Below, piece after piece: positions 9,917 to 20,804 of a stretch of DNA of 64,000 nt (position 1 is its first letter; each line of letters starts with the position of its first letter). Below the pieces are notes generated by a model. That model did no database searches and was not told the origin of the DNA. It was given only the letters and a program-made list of their open reading frames with translations. The stretch spans positions 149,164 to 213,163 of the forward strand of contig CAYJVR010000001.1 in NCBI GenBank assembly GCA_964373715.1, given 5' to 3'. Made by a program: the position numbers and the translations under genes. Origin of the DNA: an uncultured Planctomycetia bacterium (GTDB taxonomy: Bacteria > Omnitrophota > Gorgyraeia > 1-14-0-20-64-10).

Positions 9917-9963
9917 CAACCCCCCTCGTATTTCTTGTTCTCCTTATCGCCGGGTGTCAGCCA

Positions 9964-12603
9964 ATGACTGTTCCGGGAAAGAATCTTTTTCCTCCTCTCT
10001 CCTCTGTCCGAAAAGTTGAGCCGCCTCCTTATGTCCGCCGTGTTCTGCCCAATGGCCTGACCATTCTGGTCCAAGAAGATAAGAGTAATCCTCTGGTGGC
10101 TTTTCAGGCCACCATCCGCACCGGGTCCGCCACGGAAGGATCTTATTTGGGGGCCGGAATCTCCCATGTGGTGGAGCATATGCTTTTTAAAGGGACAGCC
10201 CGCCGGCCGGTCGGCGCGGTTGAGCGGGAGGCCAGATCTTACGGCGGAACCTCGCAGGGTTTTACGACCTACGACACCACGAGTTATCAGTTTGTCGTGA
10301 ACAAGGAATCCTGGTTTCAGGCCGCCGATCTGCTCATTGACGCCGTCTTTTTTTCCAGTTTTGATCCGCAGGAATTCATCAAAGAAAGGGGGGTTATTTT
10401 GAGGGAGCTGAAACTCGGCAAGGACGACCCGGATCACATCCAGTGGGAGCTTCTGTTTGAAAACGCCTACAGGGTCCATCCCTACCGGGTTCCGATCATA
10501 GGGTATGAGCCTGTGGTGAGTGCTCTTACCCGGGAAGATATCGTTTCGTACCACAAACAATGGTATGTCCCGAATAACATCGTGATTGCCGTTGTTGGGG
10601 ATGTGGATGCCGAATCGGTGGTCCGCCGGATCGAGGAGCTGACTGCTGCGCTTCCGGCCGGCAGGCCGTCGGCTCAGGCCCTTCCTGCCGAACCTTTGCA
10701 GTTTTCCCCCCGGGAGGTGACTCAGGAAGCGGATGTGGCTGTGGCGATGACCGCTATCGGATTCCCCAGCGTGGCTTTGGCGGACGCTGACCTCTTCGCG
10801 CTCGATCTGCTAGCCCGGCTTTTGGGAGGCTACCGGGGATCGTGGCTGGATCACGCTCTGAAGGAGACGGGGATCGTCCACGCGGTGACCTGTTGGAATT
10901 ATACGCCCCGGGATCGGGGATTGTTTGTCATTTCCGCCCGGATGGATGCCGGTTCTGAGGGGAAGGCCGTTGAAAAAGCTTTTGAGCAGGTGGCCCGCGT
11001 GCAAAAAGAGTTTTTTGATCCCTTAGAAATAGAGTCGGCGAAAAAAGGGTTGTTGAGGAATTATCTTGAGGACCGTCAAACGGTGGCCGGGCAGGCCGGC
11101 GATCTCGCGGGTAATGAAATTCTGTTGGGAGATCCTCTCTTCGGGTACCGCTATTTGGAGGGGATTCAGCGGGTAACGGCTGAGGATCTTAAGCGTGTGG
11201 CGGCCGTGTATCTCAAATCGGAACGGGCGACGATCGTGAAGATTTTGCCTAGAGGGACGCTGCAATCCGTGGGCAAGCCGGCGGCCGAGCCGGCGGTTGA
11301 GCCTTCCATCGAGAAGGTGGTTTTCGCCAACGGGGTGAAGGTTCTCTTAAGGAAGGATTCAAGGATCCCTTTGGCGACCGTGCAGGTGTCCCTCTTCGGG
11401 GGCGTCCGCCATGAGTCCGAAAAGAATAACGGCGTTTCCGCGCTTGTCTCCCGCATGTTTTTGCGTGGAACCCGCGAGCGGGACGCGCAGGGGATTACCC
11501 GAGAAATTAATCAGATGGGAGCCGTGATCGCCCCCTTTTCGGGCCGCAACAGCATCGGCTTGACCCTGGAGGTGATTAGCAGCGCTTTGCCTCATGCTCT
11601 GTCTGTGATGGCCGACCTTTTTTTGAACCCCGATTTTCCGGAACAGGAGTTGGAGAAGGAGAAACGCCTTCTTTTGGCGGGTCTGAAAACGAAAGAGGAA
11701 GATCCATTCTCTTGGGGGATGCGCCGGTTGATGGCGACGTTATTCACCGTTCATCCCTATCGTTTGGATCCGATGGGTTATGAAGAGTCGGTGTCGAAGC
11801 TTAAACGGGAGAACCTCTCCGGGTTCTATAAGAGGCTGCTTGATCCCCGGGCTATGGTCATCAGTGCTGTGGGCGACTTCCGCCGAGAGGACCTTCTGTC
11901 TGTTCTGGAAGGAACCTTCGGCAAGCTGCCCGCGCCGTCTTCGGAAGGCATCTCGGTGCCTCAAGAGCCCCCGTTGACAAGCATTCGGGAGCGTGTGGAA
12001 GCAGCCCCCAGGCGTGAGGGGCTCATTATGATCGGTTTTCGCGGGATTCAAGTCAGCGATCCTGATGCCGCTACGCTGGACCTTATTGACGCTATTTTGG
12101 CCGGCGGCGCCGGCAGGCTTTTTGATGAAGTCCGGGAGAAAAGGGGATTGGCCTACACGGTCGGTTCTTTCGGCGTTCACGGTGTGGATCCGGGCGCGTT
12201 TATTTTGTATGCCGTTACCGAACCTGCCCAAATCCAGGAGGCAAAAAAGGTTCTGTTGGAAGAGGTGGAGCGGCTCAAGACGGTTCCGGTGCCTGAGGAG
12301 GAGCTCCAGCAGGCCAAACAGGGGCTTTTGGGCGGCCGCCGTATTGCGCGGCAGACCCAGGGGGCGGTAGCGGCGCAGATCGGGCTAGACGAGTTGTACG
12401 GCCTGGGGTACGATTATTCACAGCGATATGAATCGGATGTGAAGGGTGTTACAGCCCAGATGATCCAGGATTTCTCCAAGAGGGTGCTGGACAGCCGGCG
12501 TTGCGTAGTGATCATCGGTCAGCCGGAAGAAGGGACAGCCTTTTCCGGGGTGCCTGATGGGCTGGCTGAAATTGTAGACGTCGGGCCGGACGGGAAACGC
12601 TGA
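9964..12603 (+). CDS. M16-family zinc peptidase (tandem M16 and M16_C units, insulinase/PqqL-like)
   Basis: HVVEHMLFKGT inverted zinc motif (HxxEH). Duplicated M16 architecture, 879 aa. A lipobox-like LVFLVLLIAGC is encoded in-frame upstream of the first ATG, with no canonical start (see findings). Confidence 0.8.
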   Translation: MTVPGKNLFPPLSSVRKVEPPPYVRRVLPNGLTILVQEDKSNPLVAFQATIRTGSATEGSYLGAGISHVVEHMLFKGTARRPVGAVEREARSYGGTSQGFTTYDTTSYQFVVNKESWFQAADLLIDAVFFSSFDPQEFIKERGVILRELKLGKDDPDHIQWELLFENAYRVHPYRVPIIGYEPVVSALTREDIVSYHKQWYVPNNIVIAVVGDVDAESVVRRIEELTAALPAGRPSAQALPAEPLQFSPREVTQEADVAVAMTAIGFPSVALADADLFALDLLARLLGGYRGSWLDHALKETGIVHAVTCWNYTPRDRGLFVISARMDAGSEGKAVEKAFEQVARVQKEFFDPLEIESAKKGLLRNYLEDRQTVAGQAGDLAGNEILLGDPLFGYRYLEGIQRVTAEDLKRVAAVYLKSERATIVKILPRGTLQSVGKPAAEPAVEPSIEKVVFANGVKVLLRKDSRIPLATVQVSLFGGVRHESEKNNGVSALVSRMFLRGTRERDAQGITREINQMGAVIAPFSGRNSIGLTLEVISSALPHALSVMADLFLNPDFPEQELEKEKRLLLAGLKTKEEDPFSWGMRRLMATLFTVHPYRLDPMGYEESVSKLKRENLSGFYKRLLDPRAMVISAVGDFRREDLLSVLEGTFGKLPAPSSEGISVPQEPPLTSIRERVEAAPRREGLIMIGFRGIQVSDPDAATLDLIDAILAGGAGRLFDEVREKRGLAYTVGSFGVHGVDPGAFILYAVTEPAQIQEAKKVLLEEVERLKTVPVPEEELQQAKQGLLGGRRIARQTQGAVAAQIGLDELYGLGYDYSQRYESDVKGVTAQMIQDFSKRVLDSRRCVVIIGQPEEGTAFSGVPDGLAEIVDVGPDGKR

Positions 12604-12611
12604 CGGCGGCT

Positions 12612-13448
12612 GTGCCAGCTAAAAAACGGTCCGGCACCCTTCGGGATCCGGTAGTTGCCGGAGTTTTTTACCCGGCTCAGAAGGGGCTTCTCGCGGATAT
12701 TGTGGACCGTTCCTGCCGGAAGCCCGCGGTAAAAGAAGATCTTCTTGCTGTTGTCGCGCCGCATGGCGGGTACTTGTCTTCAGCGGCCGTGGCAGGGGCT
12801 GCTTATTCCTGCTCGGGGCCCTGTTCGGCGGCCGTTATTGTCGGCCCGAAGCACACGAAGGTGGGAAGTCCGTTCGCGCTTGTCACCGAAGGGGTATGGA
12901 AGACCCCTTTTGGACAGCTCCGGGTTCACCAGGAATTAGCCGAGGTTCTTTTGGAGGAGGCGGACGGTTTCTTGGAAAAAGACGCCGCGGCGCATAGAGA
13001 GGATCATTCGATTGAATTGCAGCTGCCGTTTCTGCAGCGCATGGTGAAGATACGCCGGTTTGTCCCGGTTCTTTTATCGGAGGAAGAGAACCCCTCTTAC
13101 CGGGAGATTGGGCAGGCCATTGCGAGGGCCCTGAAGCGGGGGCGGGAGAAAGGGAAAGTCCTTTTGGTGGCGACGTGCGATTTGACTCGCTATGAACCGC
13201 AGGAAATCGCGTGCCGGAAGGATCGGTTGGTCATTCAAAGCATCCTTGGGCTAAACGATTCTGGATTGGTAGAAACCGCCGGGCACCATTCAGTTTCGAT
13301 GTGCGGCGCCTATTCGGTGGCGACGGTGCTTGCGGCGGCCAAAGCGCTGGGCGCTTCCGCGGCGCGGTTGGTATCTTATAAAACGAGCGGCGACGCGACT
13401 GGAGAATATGAGTCGGTTGTCGGCTATGCGGGGATAACGATTTCATGA
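12612..13448 (+). CDS. MEMO1-family protein (AmmeMemoRadiSam system protein B-like)
   Basis: GVFYPA...AVVAPHGGY...HSIELQLPFL motifs characteristic of the Memo/AmmeMemoRadiSam B family. Confidence 0.75.
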   Translation: MPAKKRSGTLRDPVVAGVFYPAQKGLLADIVDRSCRKPAVKEDLLAVVAPHGGYLSSAAVAGAAYSCSGPCSAAVIVGPKHTKVGSPFALVTEGVWKTPFGQLRVHQELAEVLLEEADGFLEKDAAAHREDHSIELQLPFLQRMVKIRRFVPVLLSEEENPSYREIGQAIARALKRGREKGKVLLVATCDLTRYEPQEIACRKDRLVIQSILGLNDSGLVETAGHHSVSMCGAYSVATVLAAAKALGASAARLVSYKTSGDATGEYESVVGYAGITIS

Positions 13449-13915
13449 ATATGGATGAATCTCAGAAAGAAGTGACTAAAAAGGTGGACGAGGCATGGAA
13501 AGAACGTGTGGAAAAGGAGAAGATCGCTCCCTCCGAATCCGTGATTCATCCGGCGGCTGAAGCTCCCAAGACGGGAAAAGCTCCGGAGGAACCGCGCCGT
13601 CAGGCGCGGCAGGACCAGAAGCCGCGGCCGCAGGGCGTTTCCCAGGAGGTGCCTCAAACCGAATTCACCTTCTTCCTCTCCTCTCTTTCGATGCAGGCGA
13701 TGATCGCCCTGGGAGATTTGCCTCACCCTTCTACAAATCAACCGCATGAGGATATGGAGCAGGCAAAATACCTCATTGATACGGTGGGAATGCTGCAGGA
13801 GAAGACGAAGGGAAATCTGACGGGTGAAGAGGCGTCCCTCTTGGAAAACCTCTTGTATGAATTAAGAATGCGGTATGTCGCCAAGATGGAAGGCGAACCC
13901 GGGGGGACGCCATGA
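13445..13915 (+). CDS. DUF1844-family protein
   Basis: Lys/Glu-rich N-terminus then FTFFLSSLSMQAMIALG...EQAKYLIDTVGML, the DUF1844 signature. Confidence 0.65.
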   Translation: MNMDESQKEVTKKVDEAWKERVEKEKIAPSESVIHPAAEAPKTGKAPEEPRRQARQDQKPRPQGVSQEVPQTEFTFFLSSLSMQAMIALGDLPHPSTNQPHEDMEQAKYLIDTVGMLQEKTKGNLTGEEASLLENLLYELRMRYVAKMEGEPGGTP

Positions 13916-15006
13916 CGATTGTCTCCTGGATCGGGATTATCGCCCTTATTCTGCTCGGTATGATCCTTCTTTCCGTCTGGCGGATGGTTCGTTCTCCATT
14001 GCCGTTGGAGATGCAGCAGGCGTTGGAGAAGAAGGAGCAGGCGAAGCTGGACATTCTCAGGGACGAGTGGTCCAAACGGCTTTCGGAAGAGATTCAGAAG
14101 GTGTGGAACCAGATGCAGGGCCAGGTGCAGACCACCGAGCAGACGGTCAGCCAGAAGCTCCAGCAGGTCAACGACACGGTGTCGAACGCGACAAAAGAGC
14201 TTGGAAGGCTCCATGCGGCGATAGAGAATGTAGAGCAGGTCGGCCGCAACGTCGCTTCCCTGCAGGACCTCTTAAGAGCGCCGAAAATCCGCGGCGGCAT
14301 CGGGGAGTTTTTTCTGGCCGACCTTCTTGCCCAGATTATGCCGGCGGATTTTTATTCTCTCCAGTACGGTTTCTCGGATGGAGAAAGGGTGGATGCGGTG
14401 ATTCGCATGGGCGGCCGGCTGGTGCCGGTCGACGCGAAGTTCCCTCTGGAGAATTTCCGGCGGTTGGCGGAGGCCGCCACCGATCAGGAGCGGGCCGATT
14501 CGCGCAAGGCGCTGATCCGAAACGTTAAAGGCCACGTTGACGCGATTGCCGACAAGTACATCCGGCCTTCGGAGGGGACTTTTGATTTTGCCTTGATGTA
14601 TATTCCGGCCGAAAACGTTTATTACGAAGTCATGGTAAAAGACGACGAGATCTCGGATGAGAAAGGTTTTTTTCAGCACGCGATCCATCGCAAGGTGATC
14701 CCTGTTTCGCCGAACAGTTTTTACGCCTATCTGCTCGTTATTCTTCAGGGGCTCAGAGGATTTGCCGTGGAGGAACGGGCCAAAGAGATTTTGGCCGGCT
14801 TAAGCAGCCTTCACAAGGATATTTCCGGTCTGAGGGACGCTTTCGATCTGGTCGGAAGGCAGATCAATAACGCCTCGCAAAATTTCACGAAAGCGGAGAA
14901 GCATCTGTCCCATTTTGAAGACAGGTTGAAAATGATTGAATCTTCGAAGAAAGAAGAAGCCGGGGAGCTATCGGTTCCCGCGCAGGAGTCATTAAAGGAG
15001 GTTTGA
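13912..15006 (+). CDS. rmuC: DNA recombination protein RmuC
   Basis: N-terminal TM, long coiled coil, C-terminal RmuC domain (VDAKFPLE...MYIPAENVYYE...VIPVSPNSFYAYL). Confidence 0.8.
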   Translation: MTIVSWIGIIALILLGMILLSVWRMVRSPLPLEMQQALEKKEQAKLDILRDEWSKRLSEEIQKVWNQMQGQVQTTEQTVSQKLQQVNDTVSNATKELGRLHAAIENVEQVGRNVASLQDLLRAPKIRGGIGEFFLADLLAQIMPADFYSLQYGFSDGERVDAVIRMGGRLVPVDAKFPLENFRRLAEAATDQERADSRKALIRNVKGHVDAIADKYIRPSEGTFDFALMYIPAENVYYEVMVKDDEISDEKGFFQHAIHRKVIPVSPNSFYAYLLVILQGLRGFAVEERAKEILAGLSSLHKDISGLRDAFDLVGRQINNASQNFTKAEKHLSHFEDRLKMIESSKKEEAGELSVPAQESLKEV

Positions 15007-15008
15007 GG

Positions 15009-15212
15009 ATGATAGATCCGTTATTGTTGGAGATACTCGCGTGTCCCTCCTGCAAGGAGCCCCTCAGGGAGGAGGGAGAATCTCTTCTCTGCGCGAACCG
15101 GTCGTGCGGCCTGAGGTATCCGGTCCGTGACGGCATACCGATCCTGCTTGTTGAAGAGGCGCATAAGCCGCAGGGGGATTCTTCCAGGGCGGGGGCCGAT
15201 AAGAAGGCATGA
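15009..15212 (+). CDS. Trm112-family small protein (UPF0434)
   Basis: [19 protein letters not shown]...[22 protein letters not shown], the Trm112 zinc-ribbon-like fold. ATG start preferred after RBS aaggagg. Confidence 0.6.
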   Translation: MIDPLLLEILACPSCKEPLREEGESLLCANRSCGLRYPVRDGIPILLVEEAHKPQGDSSRAGADKKA

Positions 15213-15661
15213 AGCGTATTCTGGTTATCCATGGGCCCAATCTGCAGCTGCTGGGCCAAAGGAATCCGGCTGTTTATGGTCGGACCACGTTAACGGGTAT
15301 CAACAAGGTACTTCAGAAACAGGCAGAACGGTTAAAGACCCGCTTAACGGTTTTTCAGTCGAACCACGAAGGGGAGATTGTGGATACCATCGGCAAGGCG
15401 CGCGGGCGTTATGACGGGATACTGATCAACCCGGCGGCCTACACCCATACGTCGGTGGCCATCCGGGATGCTTTAGAAGCTGCGGGGTTGCCGGCGGTGG
15501 AGGTCCATTTGAGCAATATTCACGCGCGGGAGACGTTCCGGCAGAAATCCCTCATGAGTCCGGTGGTGACGGGTCAAATCAGCGGTTTCGGTCCGAACAG
15601 CTACACGCTGGGGCTGATTGCGCTGACAGGTTTGTTGACGAGCCAACGCTCAAAACGTTAG
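15209..15661 (+). CDS. aroQ: type II 3-dehydroquinate dehydratase
   Basis: [34 protein letters not shown] and HLSNIHARE motifs. Confidence 0.9.
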   Translation: MKRILVIHGPNLQLLGQRNPAVYGRTTLTGINKVLQKQAERLKTRLTVFQSNHEGEIVDTIGKARGRYDGILINPAAYTHTSVAIRDALEAAGLPAVEVHLSNIHARETFRQKSLMSPVVTGQISGFGPNSYTLGLIALTGLLTSQRSKR

Positions 15662-15672
15662 AATATAAAGCT

Positions 15673-16233
15673 ATGTCGATATCAACCAGTCAGTTCAAAA
15701 CCGGCATGGCCATCCTCTACAATGGCGAGCTCTACATCATCATAGAATTCCAGCACGTCAAGCCCGGCAAGGGGGCGGCGTTCGTCCGGACCAAACTGCG
15801 GGCGGTGAAAACAGGGAAAATCCTGGACCGGACTTTTGACTCCGGCGAGAAATTCGAAGACGCTTTTATCGATAAGAAACCCCTCCAGTACCAGTATAAA
15901 GCGGGGGACACATTCCATTTTATGGATCTCGAGAACTACGAGGGGAAGTCCTTCACCAGAGAAGAACTGGGGGACGCCGCTAACTACCTGCTGGAGAACA
16001 TGGAGGTCAGGGCGGAGCTTTATAAAGAGGCGCTCGTCGGTTTCGAATTGCCGACTACCGTCACCTTAAAGGTGGTGGATTCCGATCCCGGCTTGCGCGG
16101 GGACACCTCTAAATCCGCTTTGAAGTTCGCCACCTTGGAAACCGGCCTGAAGATTCAGGTGCCGTTGTTCATCAGTCCAGGAGAATCAATCAAAGTGGAT
16201 ACCCGGACCGGAGAGTACTCCGGACGGGCTTAA
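15673..16233 (+). CDS. efp: elongation factor P
   Basis: 186 aa. KPGKGAAFVRTKLR with the conserved modified Lys loop. Three EF-P domains. Confidence 0.9.
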   Translation: MSISTSQFKTGMAILYNGELYIIIEFQHVKPGKGAAFVRTKLRAVKTGKILDRTFDSGEKFEDAFIDKKPLQYQYKAGDTFHFMDLENYEGKSFTREELGDAANYLLENMEVRAELYKEALVGFELPTTVTLKVVDSDPGLRGDTSKSALKFATLETGLKIQVPLFISPGESIKVDTRTGEYSGRA

Positions 16234-16314
16234 TTCGCTGACCTCCCTGAACCCGCCTGAATCTCCGTTTTCCGTTGGGCGGCGAAGGGGAGGCTAAAAC
16301 ATCAAGAGGCCCAG

Positions 16315-16770
16315 ATGAATTTGAAGGAGCTGAAAGAGTTGATTGCCCTCATGAACGAACACCAGCTTGTCGAGATCGAGCTGGAGCGCGAGGGGATAAA
16401 AATCCGGCTCAGAAAAGCCGGGGCAAGCGTGGCCGGCGACGGTGTTGTGGTAGAACGAACGGTTCAGGCGCATGCGCCCAGTCCCGCCGCGGCTCCTGTG
16501 CTGGTTCCTGAAGCGGCCCCGAAGATCTCCGGGATTGAAATTAAATCCCCCATGGTCGGCACATTCTATAGAGCGCCGGCTCCGGAGGCTCCTCCCTTCG
16601 TTGAGGTTGGGCAGGAGATCAAACCGGGACAGGTTTTGTGCATCCTTGAAGCGATGAAGCTGATGAACGAGATTAAATCTGAGGTAAAAGGGCGGATCGT
16701 CAAGATTACCGTGGAGAACGCCCAGCCGATAGAATTTGGTCAAACCCTTTTTATCGTCGAACCAGCGTAA
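16315..16770 (+). CDS. accB: acetyl-CoA carboxylase biotin carboxyl carrier protein
   Basis: Ala/Pro-rich linker, then biotinyl domain with the EAMKLMNEI biotinylation motif. Confidence 0.9.
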   Translation: MNLKELKELIALMNEHQLVEIELEREGIKIRLRKAGASVAGDGVVVERTVQAHAPSPAAAPVLVPEAAPKISGIEIKSPMVGTFYRAPAPEAPPFVEVGQEIKPGQVLCILEAMKLMNEIKSEVKGRIVKITVENAQPIEFGQTLFIVEPA

Positions 16771-16781
16771 AGGTTTTTCGA

Positions 16782-18155
16782 ATGTTCTCAAAAATTCTTA
16801 TTGCCAACCGAGGAGAGATTGCGGTCCGGATCATACGGGCTTGCAAGGAGCTCGGCGTCCGTACCGTCGCTGTCTATTCCGAACCGGATATGGAGTCCCT
16901 CCATGTGAAATTGGCCGATGAGGCTGTCTGCATTGGGCCCGCCCCTTCCGCCGCCAGCTACCGGAATATACCGGCGCTCATCAGCGCTGCGGAGATCACG
17001 GACGTAGAGGCGATCCATCCCGGGTACGGTTTCCTCGCGGAAAACGCCCACTTTGCCGAAATCTGCGAGTCCTGCAAGATCAAGTTCATCGGGCCGAGCC
17101 CTGAAGCGATCCGGGCCATGGGCGACAAGATTGAAGCCAAGAAAATCATGGGCAAGGCCGGAGTCCCGTTGATCCCCGGTTCTCAGGGCGGCGTGAAGCT
17201 GAAAGAGGAGGCCTTAAAGATCGCCAAGCAGATCGGATATCCGATCATCATTAAGGCGGCTGCCGGCGGCGGAGGGAAAGGGATGCGCGTGGCTCATAAC
17301 GATGTTCGTTTGATTAGCGCGTTCATGACCGCTCAGGCTGAGGCCGAAGCGGCCTTCGGCATTCCGGATGTTTACATTGAGAAATACATTGAGAGTCCCC
17401 GTCACGTGGAGATTCAGGTGATCGGCGACAACTACGGGCATGTTGTGAGCCTTGGGGAAAGGGACTGCTCCGTCCAGAGACGTCATCAGAAGCTGATTGA
17501 GGAATCTCCTTCGCCTGTGGTGGATGCTAAACTCAGGAAGAAGATGGGGGAGATGGCGGTGCGAGGCGCCAAAGCGGTCAATTACACGACCGTCGGAACG
17601 GTCGAATGCCTTGTGGACGCGCACGGCAGTTTCTACTTCATGGAGATGAACACCCGTATCCAGGTGGAGCATCCGGTGACGGAGCTGGTAACCGGGATTG
17701 ACCTTGTCAAGGAGCAGATCCGGATTTCCGCCGGCCAGAAGCTCTCATTCTCTCAGGATGATGTTCGTTGGTCGGGGCACGCCATCGAGTGCCGGATCAA
17801 CGCGGAGGACCCGGATCAGGATTTTATGCCTTGTCCGGGGCAGGTGATGGTCTACCAGGCGCCTGGAGGTCCTGGCGTCCGGGTGGACAGCCATCTTTAT
17901 ACCGGCTACTGGGTTCCTCCCCATTACGATTCCTTGCTGGCGAAGGTGATTGTCCATGGGAAAACCCGGCAGGAAGCAATCCAGGTGATGTCGAGAGCGT
18001 TGGATGAGATGGCGGTTGACCCTATCAAGACTACGTTGCCGTTTCATAGGAGGGTGATGAAGGATCCCAGCTTTATTTCAGGGAAATACTCGACCGATTT
18101 TGTGGAGAAGATGTACGGCGCTCAGAAACCTGCAGGTGAATTGGTGGGCTCATAA
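16782..18155 (+). CDS. accC: acetyl-CoA carboxylase biotin carboxylase subunit
   Basis: [21 protein letters not shown]..., ATP-grasp and biotin carboxylase C-terminal domains, 457 aa. Confidence 0.9.
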   Translation: MFSKILIANRGEIAVRIIRACKELGVRTVAVYSEPDMESLHVKLADEAVCIGPAPSAASYRNIPALISAAEITDVEAIHPGYGFLAENAHFAEICESCKIKFIGPSPEAIRAMGDKIEAKKIMGKAGVPLIPGSQGGVKLKEEALKIAKQIGYPIIIKAAAGGGGKGMRVAHNDVRLISAFMTAQAEAEAAFGIPDVYIEKYIESPRHVEIQVIGDNYGHVVSLGERDCSVQRRHQKLIEESPSPVVDAKLRKKMGEMAVRGAKAVNYTTVGTVECLVDAHGSFYFMEMNTRIQVEHPVTELVTGIDLVKEQIRISAGQKLSFSQDDVRWSGHAIECRINAEDPDQDFMPCPGQVMVYQAPGGPGVRVDSHLYTGYWVPPHYDSLLAKVIVHGKTRQEAIQVMSRALDEMAVDPIKTTLPFHRRVMKDPSFISGKYSTDFVEKMYGAQKPAGELVGS

Positions 18156-18158
18156 TAA

Positions 18159-18503
18159 ATGTCCCGCAAAACTGACCTTGGGTCCGTTATGATCCGCAAC
18201 GATGTCATAGGCACGATCGCTTCTTTAGCCGCCCAGGAGGTGATGGGGGTCATCGGCGTTTGGGACGGCATTGTTCCCTGGAAAAGGGTCATGGGCGCAA
18301 GCCCGGTTCGTGTCGAGACACAGGACCAGGATATCCGCTTGTGGCTGAGCCTTGTGGTCGAGTATGGCGTGAATCTGCCGGAAGTTGCCCTCCAGGTCCA
18401 GGATCGTGTGAGGGAGATGGTGGAGCGGTCAACGAACTTATCAGTTTCAGAGGTCAATGTCAGTATTCATCATGTGAAAGCAAAGCGGAGCGAGACGACA
18501 TGA
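18159..18503 (+). CDS. Asp23/Gls24-family envelope stress protein
   Basis: 114 aa, IRNDVIGTIASLAAQEVMGV...VEYGVNLPEVALQVQDRV..., typical of Asp23. Confidence 0.8.
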   Translation: MSRKTDLGSVMIRNDVIGTIASLAAQEVMGVIGVWDGIVPWKRVMGASPVRVETQDQDIRLWLSLVVEYGVNLPEVALQVQDRVREMVERSTNLSVSEVNVSIHHVKAKRSETT

Positions 18504-19099
18504 AGCTCTTTATCTGGATCATCATGGGTTGTTACATGACTCTCTTTAGCTTATTGGGGGTCGGATTGATCAGTTTTTCGTTTCATTGGGTTCCCGTGGA
18601 AGGGGCGCTGCAGTGGTTGGAGACGGCTTATCTGCAGGATAATCTTCGTGCGGCCCTTGTTGTTACAGGGGCGGGGTTGATCGTGTTGAACTGGATGATT
18701 GTCCAGCTGACGCTGGCCAAGTTTCAGCGCCAAAAGACGATTGCTTTTGAAAATCCGGATGGCCAGGTCACGGTGTCGTTGTCTGCGGTCGAAGATTTTC
18801 TTCGGCGTTCGGCGCGCGAGTTGCCGGAAGTGAAAGACTTAAGGGCCGACGTGGTGGCCAGGAAGGGCAGAATAGTGGTCCGGGCGAGGGTCGCTCTTTG
18901 GTCGGAGGCGCATATTCCGGAGGTGACTGAACGGATTCAGGCTATCGTCAAATCCAGGATACAGGAGATGCTTGCCGGCATTGAAGAGCCTGTTTTCGTG
19001 CGGGTCCACGTGTCCAAAATTTCCCACCGGGATGAAGCGGATAAAACGCATCACAACCGGCGGGATGAGCTTCCGACCCACTTCAGAGGAGGGTTTTAG
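18500..19099 (+). CDS. alkaline shock response membrane anchor protein AmaP-like
   Basis: ATGA overlap with the Asp23 gene. Two N-terminal TM helices then a soluble domain. Synteny Asp23-AmaP is conserved. Confidence 0.6.
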   Translation: MKLFIWIIMGCYMTLFSLLGVGLISFSFHWVPVEGALQWLETAYLQDNLRAALVVTGAGLIVLNWMIVQLTLAKFQRQKTIAFENPDGQVTVSLSAVEDFLRRSARELPEVKDLRADVVARKGRIVVRARVALWSEAHIPEVTERIQAIVKSRIQEMLAGIEEPVFVRVHVSKISHRDEADKTHHNRRDELPTHFRGGF

Positions 19100-19101
19100 G
19101 A

Positions 19102-20184
19102 GTGGCTGTGCAGAGCACCACCAAGCAGAAATCGGTTGACGGCCAAAAGGTGGCCATTAAGAGGATAGGGATCCTTACCGGCGGTGGCGACTGTCCTGGT
19201 TTGAACCCCGTGATCCGGGCGGTTGTGCGGAAAGCCTTGACCTTCGGGATCGAGGTGATTGGGATCAAAGACGGATGGAAGGGACTTATCGAGAAGCAGA
19301 CTATCCCGCTTGATCTTCAGTCGGTTTCCGGCATCCTTCACCGGGGCGGCACAATCCTCAATACCTCCCGGACAAACCCGTACAAGAATCCAGCGCATGT
19401 TGGGGCGGTTAAGGCCAACGTCAAGGGGCTTAAACTCGATGGGTTGGTCGCCGTAGGCGGGGAAGATACCCTAGGTGTCGCTTCCAAGCTGGCGAAAGAG
19501 GGGGTTCCTGTCGTCGGCGTCCCGAAGACGATCGATAACGACTTGAGTCAAACCGACTACACCTTTGGGTTCGATACGGCCGTGAACATCGCGATGGAAT
19601 GCATCGACAGGCTCCACACCACTGCGGAGAGCCATCACCGGATCATGGTGGTGGAGGTTATGGGCCGTCACGCGGGCTGGATTGCCGTTCACGCTGGAAT
19701 CGCCGGCGGCGCCGATTTTATCCTGGTGCCGGAGATCCCGATTGATTTAGATGAGGTGTGTAAGGCGATCAAGAAACGGCACGCCCGCGGGAAAACATTT
19801 TCCATCATTGTGATTGCAGAAGGTGCGGAGTTTAAGGCCGGGGAGACTATCACCCAGGCTAAGAAACTTGATGCTTTTGGGCATGTCCGCCTCGGAGGCA
19901 TCGGTGAGTCTTTGGCCGATATAATTGAGAAGAAGACCGGTTTCGAAACGCGCGTGACCGTTTTGGGGCACATCCAGCGCGGGGGATCGCCCACCGCTTT
20001 TGACCGTGTTTTAGGCACCCGGTTCGGGGTGAAGGCGGTTGAGTTGGTGGTGAAAGGCGAGTTCGGGAAGATGGTGAGCCTTCAGGGCAACAAGATTGTT
20101 TCCGTCCCGATTGAAGAGGCCGTGAAGGAGCTGAAAACCATCGATATGGGGCTTTACGACATTGCCAAAATCTTCTTTGGTTGA
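19102..20184 (+). CDS. pfk: 6-phosphofructokinase
   Basis: [30 protein letters not shown] and MGRHAGW motifs of PFK. Whether ATP- or PPi-dependent is not determinable here. Confidence 0.85.
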   Translation: MAVQSTTKQKSVDGQKVAIKRIGILTGGGDCPGLNPVIRAVVRKALTFGIEVIGIKDGWKGLIEKQTIPLDLQSVSGILHRGGTILNTSRTNPYKNPAHVGAVKANVKGLKLDGLVAVGGEDTLGVASKLAKEGVPVVGVPKTIDNDLSQTDYTFGFDTAVNIAMECIDRLHTTAESHHRIMVVEVMGRHAGWIAVHAGIAGGADFILVPEIPIDLDEVCKAIKKRHARGKTFSIIVIAEGAEFKAGETITQAKKLDAFGHVRLGGIGESLADIIEKKTGFETRVTVLGHIQRGGSPTAFDRVLGTRFGVKAVELVVKGEFGKMVSLQGNKIVSVPIEEAVKELKTIDMGLYDIAKIFFG

Positions 20185-20767
20185 TATCCATAAATTCGAT
20201 TCAGAAATCGAGCAGCGGCTCACGGAAAGCATCCAGACCAAACAGCTGGTGCTCGAGACTCTGGTCCCCGTGATTAACGAGGTAGCCCACCTCCTCATCG
20301 AGGCGCTTGAGTCGGGCGGAAAAATCCTGATTTTCGGCAACGGAGGCTCGGCTGCCGACAGCCAGCATATCGCGGCAGAGCTGGTGGGCAAGCTGCTTGT
20401 TAAGCGGCGTGCTTTGCCGGCCATTGCTCTGACGACCGACACGTCGGCTCTGACGGCGCTGGCGAACGATTTTGGGTATGAGAGCGTTTTTCAAAGGCAG
20501 GTCGAGGCGCTGGGGCAGAAGGGGGATGTCGCGGTCGGCATCTCGACCAGCGGCCATTCGCCGAATGTTTTGTTGGCCGTCCAGACTGCCCGTGACATAG
20601 GGATGAAGACCGTGGCGCTCACCGGCCGTGATGGGGGGCCCCTGTCTAAAGCGGTGGATCACAGCATCACGGTTCCTTCCGATTCAACGCAGCGGATTCA
20701 GGAATCCCACATCACGATCGGGCATATCCTGTGCGAACTCATTGAAGCTCACTTTGCGAGGGGCTAA
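20162..20767 (+). CDS. gmhA: D-sedoheptulose-7-phosphate isomerase (SIS domain)
   Basis: [22 protein letters not shown]...[14 protein letters not shown]-domain motifs of GmhA. The start may be slightly downstream of 20162. Confidence 0.75.
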   Translation: MPKSSLVDIHKFDSEIEQRLTESIQTKQLVLETLVPVINEVAHLLIEALESGGKILIFGNGGSAADSQHIAAELVGKLLVKRRALPAIALTTDTSALTALANDFGYESVFQRQVEALGQKGDVAVGISTSGHSPNVLLAVQTARDIGMKTVALTGRDGGPLSKAVDHSITVPSDSTQRIQESHITIGHILCELIEAHFARG

Positions 20768-20804
20768 GGGGGCCGTCCTTCCCCTGAAGAAACTCGTCTC
20801 TGTT

